Shown here: piece by piece, positions 53,560-64,000 of the stretch
Layout of the letters: each line of letters starts with the position of its first letter
How positions within the stretch are numbered: position 1 is the first letter of the stretch
From: Lama glama
Lineage: Eukaryota
DNA: 64,000 bases
Assembly: GCA_028534125.1 (NCBI GenBank)
Contig: CM052817.1
Location: 22,012,001 to 22,076,000, forward strand
Direction of reading: 5' to 3'
Position numbers and translations under genes: made by a program
The notes under the pieces: model-generated
What the model saw: the letters and a program-made list of their open reading frames with translations, nothing else
The model's database searches: none
What the model was told of the DNA's origin: nothing

Positions 53560-54035
53560 AGCAGCATGACCAAAAATGCCTTGCCTAATCTGGGCGAATC
53601 TGGTTCTCCAGCTTCATACTGAACCTCTCTTTTTCCAGGTTCCTATATTCAATCCACTCCTGTCTGCTTTTATTTCTTAAGGCTCCCATGTTCTTTTTGA
53701 CTTGAGAAACATTTGATCTCTGCACTTGGAATGTTCTCCATTCCTTAAGTCATTTGTCTAGTTCTGCTCCTATTTCAAATCTCAGGTCAAATATAGTTTC
53801 CTCAGGCAAAGCTTTAAATCAAATATAGTTTGCACAGGTCACCAGAGACTAGGTCATTACACTGAAATATAAACTCAAAATTAGTCATCCCAATCAGTTC
53901 TAAATTATTTGTGTATGTGGTTATTTGATTGAAACCTGAGTTTGCAATTCTTGAACTAACTTTTGATATTTTATCTTCAATACCTATCAGATTGCCTTGC
54001 ACTATAGAGAAATTCAGAATATTTATGGAATAAAT
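53560..54035 (+). mobile_element. L2 fragment
   Basis: ctctgcacttggaatgttctcc...tcaaatctcaggtcaaatatagtttcctcaggcaaagct. Confidence 0.6.
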
Positions 54036-54147
54036 TGGAAAATAATAATTATAGTAACACTATCTTATGCTTAATATATACAAAATATTAATATGAACCA
54101 TATGCACATGCAGACTCAATCCTCATGGAAAATCTAGAGGTGAACAC

Positions 54148-54655
54148 ATTAGGAGACAGTTTTCCGTGGATCTCTCATGTTTTTGCCTATTTTGCAAATA
54201 AGGCACTGTCCTTGGTTCTGAATTATCTTTCAAGGATATTTGTGTAGAGCAGTTTTGGGAGATAGAGATTGTGCCTTCCTCCAGAGCAAAAGATAGTAAT
54301 GCTTACTGTCCAGTATAATAGAGGTAATGTCTCCCTCCAGAGCAAAAGAGGCAAGCATGTTTATAGCCCTTTATGAAAGATTCAGGTTACCTAAAAGCAA
54401 GGGTCCTCTCCCATAGTACAACACATTGTGTACAAGTGTCATCAGGGCATTTTTGCATAACTCTATGTGAATTGGGACTTAGAGAACCAGCATAAAAATA
54501 CTGATAATCCAGCTACTGATATTGCCATGAGTAATAAGCCATTCTTCAACTTTAACCCAGGAGTGTCATGTCTTCTGCCAAGATCCATAAAACTATGACA
54601 ATAACCAGTTAGCTTGCAAGTAGAGCAAAATCTCAAAATTTTTATGTTTCTTACA
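54148..54655 (+). mobile_element. LTR40-like ERVL solo LTR, apparently inserted into a MIR
   Basis: ttaggagacagttttccgtggatctctcatg...tatctttcaaggatatttgt...aataag...aacccaggagtgtcatgtcttctgcca. MIR-like flanks on both sides. Confidence 0.8.
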
Positions 54656-56165
54656 GTGAATATTATTATTATGCCTACTTGACAGTAAATTGATCTGAAG
54701 CACAGTTAGGTGAAGTGAAGAAACATTTTACCTTGTATTATTTCAGCTTTATTATGCCCAATCAAAATGGCTAGAAGTTAGTTGTTTTTTTTTTAAATCA
54801 ACCCCATTATAGAGACATGTCGAATATACTACACTAGACTAATAATTTGTCTGGGTATCAATTTATAATAGCATTCTAATGCCCACAGTGTTAAGGTTAA
54901 CATACCAAATTATTATACAATTGTATCAGGACATGTGAAATACATTATCTATATACTTAATATTTATTTATATTTATATGTAATAAGTTATATATGATAT
55001 CATTGTATCTCATTGACTTTCATTGGGGATTTTGTTTCAAATACTTAACTGAGAAATTCAGACTTTTAAAATTTTGGTTAAGTGTCCTATATTAACATAC
55101 TCCTAATTAAATGAATTGGTTTAATTGTTGAATAATTTATGCATCTCTCAGATAGTTTCCATCTGAAACCCATTATGAATAGATACTAATTGAGTTATAC
55201 TTTAACCATGTAATGAGGAAATATATTGATATCAAAATAATTTTTATAATAAATTCAGTGTCTTATATGACAATTAGAAGGAAAATGATCTGAAAAATAT
55301 AGATATAGTGATCTCAAACTAAGTAAAAATAAACATAAATTACTGAAGTGAAATAACCACATGAACTTGGCCAGATTTTTCTACTCAGCAGAACTTTAAG
55401 TATCAACAGTTCTCTTGTTAAATTTTTAAAGTAGTTTTTTCTAAAATAATTGTGCTACTTTTATATGCAGAACATAATATAAAATAATATAAGATGTGAT
55501 ATAGATGTAATTGGCTAGTTAACTTTATTTTTGCAAATAAATTGAATAATGTTAAAAGTACATTTTTAAAATGACATTTGAATTAGCTACTTATAAGAAA
55601 AAAAATCAAACTAACAAATTAATTTCCAAATCCTACTTCTCTGTTCCATATGTATGTAAGTGTAAGCATTAATTTACATGCCATCATAGTATTTCCCTCA
55701 CTATCAACAAAGTTCAGGGAATTATTTTGGTGCTTATTTTAGTAGGTTATAATGCATCATCTTTCTCAGTTTCCAGTATAAATGTTTTCTTATAGCATTC
55801 TTTTCAAATTGTCATTTACATAAGACAGATAAGAGAAAGAGGTTACTGATCAAAGCTACTACAAACGACTATCCACTTAAGAAAAGAGTCAGTCAATGCT
55901 TAGTAAAGAAATGCTGGCTATTTTCTGGAGAAAATGTTGAATAAAAGTATGCTCCCTCAAACTCTATGTGTATATAAATTTCGTAGATTCAAGAGCACAT
56001 TGTCAGAGATACTGGTCTAATTACTAGTTATTGTCATTAAACAGTTTATTGTTGTTTGGGCCTATTGTTGGACTGTTGTCTCAAGTGAATCCAAATACTA
56101 AAGGTGGAAACATAAAAAATGGGCATAACTTTGCACCATGAAGGCAGTAAATTCATCTAAGTATA

Positions 56166-56374
56166 CAGTTGACCCTTGAACACTGTTGGGTTAGGGGCAC
56201 TGACTCTGCTAAGTAGAATATTTGCAATTACCTTTACAGTCAGCCTTCCATATCTGCTGTTCTGCATCTGCAGATTCAGCCATTGCAGATGGCTGAGTAC
56301 AGATTTACTGGAAAAAAAAATCACATATAAGGGCACTCATGCAGTTCAAACCCACATTGTTCAAGGGTCAACTG
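56166..56374. mobile_element. Tigger2-family (TcMar-Tigger) MITE, 209 bp
   Basis: Perfect 17-bp TIRs CAGTTGACCCTTGAACA (56166-56182) and TGTTCAAGGGTCAACTG (56358-56374), with TA TSDs on both sides. Confidence 0.95.
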
Positions 56375-59307
56375 TACTTCGTACATTTTAGATGTCTTCT
56401 AGATTGTAAGTTCTGATTGTGAACCTGGTGTGGTCATTTTATGTGTCACAGAGAGTGAGATCTTGGTATTTTGAGTCATAAGTGATGGGAAGAACTACCA
56501 GAAACAGGCAGAGGGCTCCCAAATTACCTGGTTTGTGCATATTCTCAACCACCTGGATACATAATAAATGAAAATATCTTGGCCCAGCAGGACACAGCAA
56601 CATGTTCTAATCCTATGAAAACCACTTGGACCAGCAAATAACAGTAGGTGTTGATAGTGGGCACCATGCAAATTACAGTTCAGGTGGTCAGAGTATGATA
56701 TTTCAGTCTGTCTTGGCCAAGCTGATGCTAGGAGAAGAAAAAATATCCACTTACCATGCTTTACCTGGTATTTCAACCTGGTAAAGTTTCCATTAAATAG
56801 AATAGAAAAATTTGGTGTTGGGGACTATTAAATGCAATACAAATTCTAGCACACAATAGGCACTAAATTAATACCTTTTGAATGAATGAATTTATTTAAA
56901 ATGAATAAGTGAGTGAATACCTTAGGTATATATGGCTTGATTGTCTTTTGAAATACCCAGATAAAATACAGGAGAGGTTATATAACAGTTTATTACTTGA
57001 TTATCTAATCAATGTAACATCAATAAGGTGCTAAAGGATTAAGACACTAGAACAAGCAACATTTGAGCAGTAAAAATTAATGTGAGGACTCCAAATGATA
57101 GTGCATGGCAACTGGATACCTTAATAGGGAGATATTAAAATGTAGTAATAAAAAATTGAACACATTTAGACAGAATTGCATAGGGCCAGTCATGACTTTC
57201 AGCCTAGTCTTAACAAATTGAGCACATCTGCAAAGCAATATTAGTGTGTTTTAATTATTTCTGAAGAACTGTCCTGCTTAGTTCCCATGTAAAAGCAGAG
57301 CGGGGAATGAAGAGAGGACCGACGAGATGGGGGAGAGTCGTTAATGTTAGGTAGGTTAAACAAAGGTAAAAAAGTCTCCAGTGTTTAGAAAACGGTGAAG
57401 GGATCACTAAGTGATCTTTACTGTATCTCGTACAGAAACTCTAGAAACTCAGAACTTTATTATGTAAATACGTATGTGTGTGTATGTGTGTGAGTGTGTA
57501 TGTGTGTAGGCTGAAATATAAATCAAAAAAGTAATGTATATAACTTTCCAAGTGTTCCCCAGTGTTTTGTGTAACATCATTATCAGCAAAGTTTAAAATA
57601 TTCAGAGTATAATTATCTATCAGTAAATTTTCCACCCAAATAATTTAGACTTCATCAATATACATAGTCACACACATGCACACACACAGGTGGATGGATG
57701 TATAGATTCATAGATACGTAAGTAGAATATTTTAACGGTGTACTATTACCTAACGACTAAGAAAATCTGGAATATTTTTTCCCATTAGAACAATTTACAA
57801 TTTAGAGCCTTATTCAAGTTGCTAAAACTTCATCATGACATCCTAACATATTTTTCAGGATTAATTAGTAGTTTTAATATATAGTAAGTATATTTTAGTA
57901 GCTTGCTGTAGAGGCCTATTATCCCAATTAAGAAATGTTTAAAATAGAAGTATGTTTTTTATGCAATTTTAATATGTTTTGGTCACTAGACTAAAATTTT
58001 AAAAACTCTTCTGGTGGTATTCTTTTAGGGATTCTTTCACAGAAAGGGAATTAGAGTGGGAAGGGAGAAGTCATGTTAAAAAAGACTGTCCTAAGAAAAT
58101 AACCACTGAAGGGAAATAAAAATAGAGGATGAAAAAAATGTCAGATGAACTTTCACACTGGAAGCATTGTTTAAGTTCATGGTATGCACAGTGTTTGAAT
58201 TTCTATCCATAAATTGTGTATGCAGCAATATTTTCAAAGTGTTTTGGCTGACATTCTAAAATACACAGTCCCATGTCCCAAAGTTTCTGTATACCCTGTC
58301 CCCTAATGTCCAAATTAAATAAGGCCTTCAATCTGTTACATCAGGATCTATCCTCCAGAATATTTTCGAGAACCAGCAGGGAACACTTACATATCTTAGT
58401 TGTTACTTCTCAAATCTTCCTCTGAATTTTTTGTTTCAAGCTTTTCTTCATTATTTCAAGCCATGTCTTTTATCTTCAGCCACACCTTTGTAGTTTATTG
58501 CCAATCTTTTTTGCCTATGAAAATGGACACGGCCTTTTCCTTTATTCCCGAAGACAGTGATAACACAGAACTATTTGGGGATATCATAGGCAATTTAAAA
58601 CAGAAAATTTATAAAATTGGATGTCAGACATCATTGTGTCTTACAGTTAATTGTCCATTTCTGGTCCAAGGACTTTCAGTCTGATCCCTGCTCCCCTCCC
58701 ATCTCTTTCTTCTTAGCTTGAAGCTGCTTCTTAGATCTAAGGTCCAGGACTTTGACACCTGTTAAAGTGTTCAATGTATTTCCTCCTTTCTGCTCAACCT
58801 ACACAATTATTTATAATAAAATCTACCTCAGAAACATATTCATTCCTTTCTCATGAGGGAGGTATTTTACTAGTGTCAAATGAATTATCCAAGAATCCTA
58901 AGTGGATGGTTTTCTTAAATGTATGGAACTAAAGGATAATTCTGGATAATTTCCAGAATGAAAAAAGTCCATTGTTAATTGACTTGCTTTCCACATCACT
59001 AAAAATTGCTAGTGACTTTGAACATTAATTTTCTAACTAAAATAAAATTTAAAGTTTTTGCTTTATGTATAGCAAGGCAAATGAAATATCTCTTCCAATA
59101 ATTGCAATTCAAGTAATACAACTAGCTTCAGCTTACTCGTTGGAGCCATTATAGTAGCTTTCAGTTCCATTAAACTAATGCTTGTTGATTTCCTGCAATT
59201 TATTAAGACTTGGTAGACACCAAAGAAATATTCAACATCTGTCTTTGAGAAACATACTCTGCAATGAGATTTGATAGATTATACAGATGACAGAAAGCCT
59301 CTGTGAT

Positions 59308-59347
59308 CGCACACGTGCACGCGGGCGCACACACACACACACACACC
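59308..59347. repeat. (CA)n/(CG)-mixed alternating purine-pyrimidine tract
   Basis: cgcacacgtgcacgcgggcgcacacacacacacacacac. Confidence 0.9.
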
Positions 59348-59929
59348 CAGGGCTACTCAAAATGCAAGGCTGAGGCTATACTTTTGGTGCACTGCATGAG
59401 CCTTCAGAAAAGTTTCCCTTTCCTTGTAAGAAGTATTAAATAGCTTCTTTCTAAACTTTGTAAAACTTTTTGTCTGTTATTTACACTTTGTTTCAACATT
59501 TCCTTCCTCATCATTTATTCCATTCACTTACATATCTGTATTTAGGATAGTAAAGTGCATCAGGATTCTTTGGGGGATAATAGTCAACATATAAATCTGC
59601 TCTGCCATCCTCAACTATCAGTTTCACATGGGTTGATAAAAACTGTTTTCCTTGATCTGCCTTTTTTGTTGCCAGATATAAATCTCTAATTTTATCTGTT
59701 TTCTAACTACCTGTTTATATAATAATCTAAAAATAAATTTGTCAGATTTTCGAAACTAAAGTGTATCTGTTTTTGTACAAACAGTACATTCACCTAGGGT
59801 GAAAAATTGTAGAATCACTTTTAACACATGTTATCCTTTGCTACGATCTGCTAATTGACTTCTCATAGAATTTTTCACTGATCAGTCTTTATTTTGCTTT
59901 TCATTGTAGAAGCCTGTGCACAGGTTCTT

Positions 59930-60710
59930 GTTACTTTTATTTATAATGGGTCTCCTACCTTGCTCCTAGGTCCACTTGACTCCATCATGCTTAGTATTCA
60001 CAGCTTTATTATGTGTCTCAATTCCTATTCATTCTTTCTAGGAAACATTTAGTCATTGCAATTGGATAATTGTGTACATGTCTTCTCTTGTGATTGCCTT
60101 GATGTCAGAGGCCATATTTTTTTGTGTTTCTCTCAATACCTGGCCCATAGAAGGATCTATAACTTTACTGTTGCTGTTGCTGAATGAAAGAATTAGCTAA
60201 TCAACCTCTGGACTAAAATACCCTACAAAAAATCCAGAAATATGTGTTTTTCCTGCTTCAAAGCATACATGATAAAAACTAAAGTCTTAGAGATGCAATT
60301 AGGGGTTTAGGCTCTCCACAATCTGCAGTTTCTTACTGGTCTCATTCTCTCTCACTATTCCCTTATTTCAGTCAAACACGTGGTTGATATGCACATTTTC
60401 CTCACTTTTCTTTCTATGAACCTATGCTTGTAACACTCCCACTTGCATATGTGAATACATTTTCTTTATTTTATGTCATCGCCATTTCACATCTCACCTC
60501 TTTTTAAGTTCAGTTGAAACACTACTTTCTTGCCGATGTCTTTCCTAATCACCCACTTTGGCAAAGATTCCTCTTTCATTACTCAGGGCATAGGACTTCT
60601 ATCTCTCACCTGCACCTGTAACATATAACCTTATTTTTAATTATTTATATACTCATCTCCTATTGTAGGTCACAGGTGCCTAATGAATGAATGAGTGAGT
60701 GAATGAGAGT
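59930..60710 (+). mobile_element. Two degenerate L2 3' fragments
   Basis: L2-type tails at about 60140-60190 and 60680-60706 (aatgaatgaatgagtgagtgaatga). Confidence 0.5.
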
Positions 60711-61839
60711 GGTATTTAAAGTGACCTTTAGTTGAAATGAAATTGCATATAGTTGAAGAAAGAGGCAAATGAACTAACTGAGGGAAAAGAAGTTATTTAT
60801 TTTTAAATGTTTTCATTAAAGGTCTAGAAGTAGTTCTATAATGAAAGAAGGGCATGTTAGGATCATTGTGTAGGCAATATTATATAAGATATACTAGTCC
60901 AATGAGCCCAGCTAGACTCATATTCTAAAATGTAATGTTAATATGACAGGAATAACCTTGAGCTAAAAACCCAAAACCCAGCTGTAATGGCATATTCATA
61001 AGGTTATCTGTTATTTGGAAGGTCTGGGAAAACTGAAAGAACAATTCTTAGATTTCCCACCTACTCCACCACTGGAGATGGAGGAAGAGGATGTTCCTCT
61101 TTGGTCTCATAAGTGAAAAGATTCACCTTTATGTAAGCTTCTGTAAGCTTGTGCTTATGCTTTATATAAGTGTTCTAGAAGTTCTTTTCCTTGCTTCTGT
61201 GCATAGCACATTTACATGCCAGCATTTTGGCATTAAAATGAGTTGGCATTCTGTTTGTTACATGCCATTTTAGCAACCCTGGTATGATATGACCTCAAAG
61301 ACTTGCTCAGTATCTTCTACTCCAAGCCTTACAGAAGCTCAGCACGATAACTTCACTTCAACACTTCAGCAATGATGAAAAAGCACAACTCACTTTTCTC
61401 TTCCTAGTCTGCTCCACTTTCTAACTTTATCATCTGTTAAGATTGACACAAACAGAGAAAGGCTCTGAAAAGCTAACGTACATTTCTGTTACTGCTGTTA
61501 CATCTTTTCAAAAATTTGTCTAAAATATTTCCAATTGATTTGAATGTTCTGAGATCAAAATTATTGTCTTTATTCATGTGTTTCTTTGTCATACTTATGA
61601 ACTATATTTCTTTGGTGAAGGGTAGCTAATGTATTTTCATTGTAATCTGGATAGATTAGGATCTTTATTTTCTCTGAAACATCAAAAAGAAACAATTGTG
61701 CTCTCTGTGAAACACCTTCCATTAAGCGCTGTTGCTATGACGCAGATGATTTGGAGCAAGGGCTAAAAACAGTTACCAACTCATTTCTCCCAAGGCCTTC
61801 AAAATGCTTGTCAACAGGAAATGCTGAGACTTGATTAGA

Positions 61840-62010
61840 CTAGTGTTACTGTATTCCCATAACATTTCTTCTCTGAGACTCATTTTCCTTATCTGCAAAA
61901 AAAAAAAAAAATGAAGCTAAAAATACCCACCCCTGAGAATTTTCTTTGAAGAGTAAAGATGTAGGATATGCAAACGTGCCCAGCCTGTAACAGTGACTCA
62001 GAAATGTTTG
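61840..62010 (+). mobile_element. MIR SINE
   Basis: ctctgagactcattttccttatctgcaaaa...gtgcccagc. Confidence 0.65.
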
Positions 62011-62574
62011 TTTCTCCTCTCCCTTTCTTCTTATTTGTTCATGTATATGTGAATAAAGCCCAATTCAGAAACAACTTGTTTTTAAAAGACTGACGCTAAC
62101 ATTTTGGGGGGAAGAATTTTGTGTCAATTTGCTTAAAAACATCTGTGAATAAACAGTAGTTGGAAAAATTGAAAAATAAAACTCTTAAATATTTAGATGA
62201 GCAGAAAATCATCATGCAGTTTTTACTTGTCAAATGTGAACATAGTTACTCTACCAGACACTGACCTGCACTACAGATTTCTATTAACAGAATCATAGAA
62301 TGTTTTCTTTTACTAGGATTCCTAATAGTTCAAACAAAAGTTACCTACTCCTATTTGTGATGGATTGCTTGCCACCTTTGCCATTTAACATGCAGTAAGA
62401 TGACAGGCAACATTAGCTGAATTCTTCAGCCTCAAATTTGCTTCATACTTCTCACCCTCCAGTTGGGAATGAAGAGTCTGTATTGTTGAGGCAGAACATG
62501 AAGCCACTATAGATCCTTAGCTAATTGGCCATGGATGATGGGCTGATAGACTGCAAGATGATGGAAACACAGGA

Positions 62575-62832
62575 ATATTCATGTATTCACTCATTATTTA
62601 TTCCTCATCTGTGTTAAACAAACATGTATGTCAGATACTGCTGGGTTCTGGAGTTAGAGCAGTGACCAAGAGAAAAAGGGCCCTGATTTAAGTGGCTAAA
62701 ACATTATATTGTATATTGTATTATTGTTTGCACTTTTTTATTCTCTTCCTTTTAAGACAGTTGTATATTACTACTTATTGCAATGTGACTTGTCTATGTC
62801 TCCCATGGGAAGAATGTATGTGTGTGTATGTT

Positions 62833-62863
<31 letters not shown>

Positions 62864-63790
62864 TTTCATCTTCTTTGACTTCGGTCATATGACTTCTGAC
62901 TTCTTCTGGACAATAGCTTGCACTTGAACCATATGCACCATGTCCAAGCAGAAATTTAAATGATGTCACAAGTCTCCCCTTCAAGAATTCATATATCTGT
63001 GTAAGTAGTATGATTTTAAATTGAGGCCCAGAATGAAAGAACTTGTGAAACAGAGCTATAGTCTAGCCACAAACTGGCGTAAAACCTAAGCCTGGAGCAT
63101 AACTGCAACACCCAGCAGCATACATGTTATGTGATGGAGAACTAAATCGTTGTTGTTAAGTCATTGTGACTTGGGATTATATGTTACCACAGCAAAGCTG
63201 ACAAATATAGATAATAAATACACAAATAATAACTCTTCAGAAAGTACTAAATTTTATGCAAACAATTAAAATGGCAAAATTGGCATAAAGTTATATGAAT
63301 GATATTTTAGATTTGTTGATTAGGAAATGCCTCTCTGAAGAGGTGATATTTAAGCTGAGACTGCCTTATAGGAAGTCATCAGTTAAAGACAGAAAGGAGG
63401 AAAAAAAAAGGAAAAGCCATTACAAATGTCCTTGAACAAGAAAGAGTGCAATATAAATGAGTATGTTGAAATTCAAGGACAACAAGAAGGCCAGTGTGGC
63501 CTTCAGAGCAAAATGGGTAAGGAAGAATATGACAAGACATAGCTCATGGAGGTAGGCAGATACCAGTTCATGTAGGGCTTCATAAATTAGGTTCAATAGT
63601 TTGAATTTTATGAGAAATAATTGGAAAGGTCAAAGCAAAAGAGACATGTGACCTTATTTACATTTTTAATAGATGACTCTGACTGCTATTTTGACAACTG
63701 GTTTTAAGAGGGCAAAGTAGAAGCTGGGACATATTTGATACTTTGAATTAGTCCAGAGAAGGTGTGGTGATGACTGGATTGGAATTATGA
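62575..63790 (-). mobile_element. L2 3' portion split by an MLT1 LTR (about 62692-63210) and a (TG)n repeat (62815-62862)
   Basis: L2: tatgtcagatactgctgggttctggag, ggaaatgcctctctgaagaggtgatatttaagctgagac, gtagggcttcata. MLT1 end: ttgttgttaagtcattg...tgttaccacagcaaagctgacaaata. Confidence 0.7.
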
Positions 63791-64000
63791 ATAATTTAAA
63801 TTTACTTATTGCATATTCAAGTAGATATGTTCTCCAGAGTTCTGGACCCATTATTCTTTTGTCTTAGTGGAGGTAATCCCAGGGAAGCTTTTAAAGAAGT
63901 GGTTTAGTCTGCTTCATTTAGAGTTGTCTGATTAGTTCTTGGGGCAACTTTTGTCTTCACAAAACCAAGTTAGATGCTCCAGTTATGGGGCAAAATTATT

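Noticed and set aside
48712..54655. Two LTR40 copies as the ends of one provirus
   Set aside because: They are in opposite orientation, clearly diverged, and have no ERVL internal sequence between them. They are independent solo LTRs.
58400..58684. ORF containing MDTAFSFIPEDSDNTELFGDIIGNLKQK
   Set aside because: It looks protein-like, but I recognise no family, splice context or retrocopy hallmarks.
1..64000. Supplied ORFs as host protein-coding genes
   Set aside because: All are short. Those I recognise are L1 ORF2 or ERV remnants, and the rest fall in simple repeats, LTRs or AT-rich DNA. No coherent exon chain was found.

Overview
AT-rich, CpG-depleted placental-mammal DNA (intergenic or deep intronic) with no recognisable intact host gene, RNA gene, CRISPR array or prokaryotic system. 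The young L1 3' ends and the apparent lack of lineage-specific SINEs fit a camelid-type artiodactyl (inference). The window is a layered record of transposons: a decayed ERV1-class element with a MER67-like 5' LTR and tRNA-His PBS (1-4886, minus), a decayed ERVL provirus with gag/pro/pol remnants (about 15250-20660, minus), many MaLR (MLT1) and LTR40 solo LTRs, L1 fragments of several ages (two with clear target-site duplications), L2/MIR relics, hAT and Tigger DNA transposons, microsatellites and one 100-N gap. Nearly all supplied ORFs are chance or repeat-derived. The best non-repeat leads are candidate regulatory elements: a CpG-retaining zone at about 5-6.4 kb and RFX/E-box/SOX motif clusters. 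I found no evidence for a novel biological system. Repeat family names come from recalled consensus similarity, not a database search, and boundaries are approximate unless TSDs or TIRs are given.
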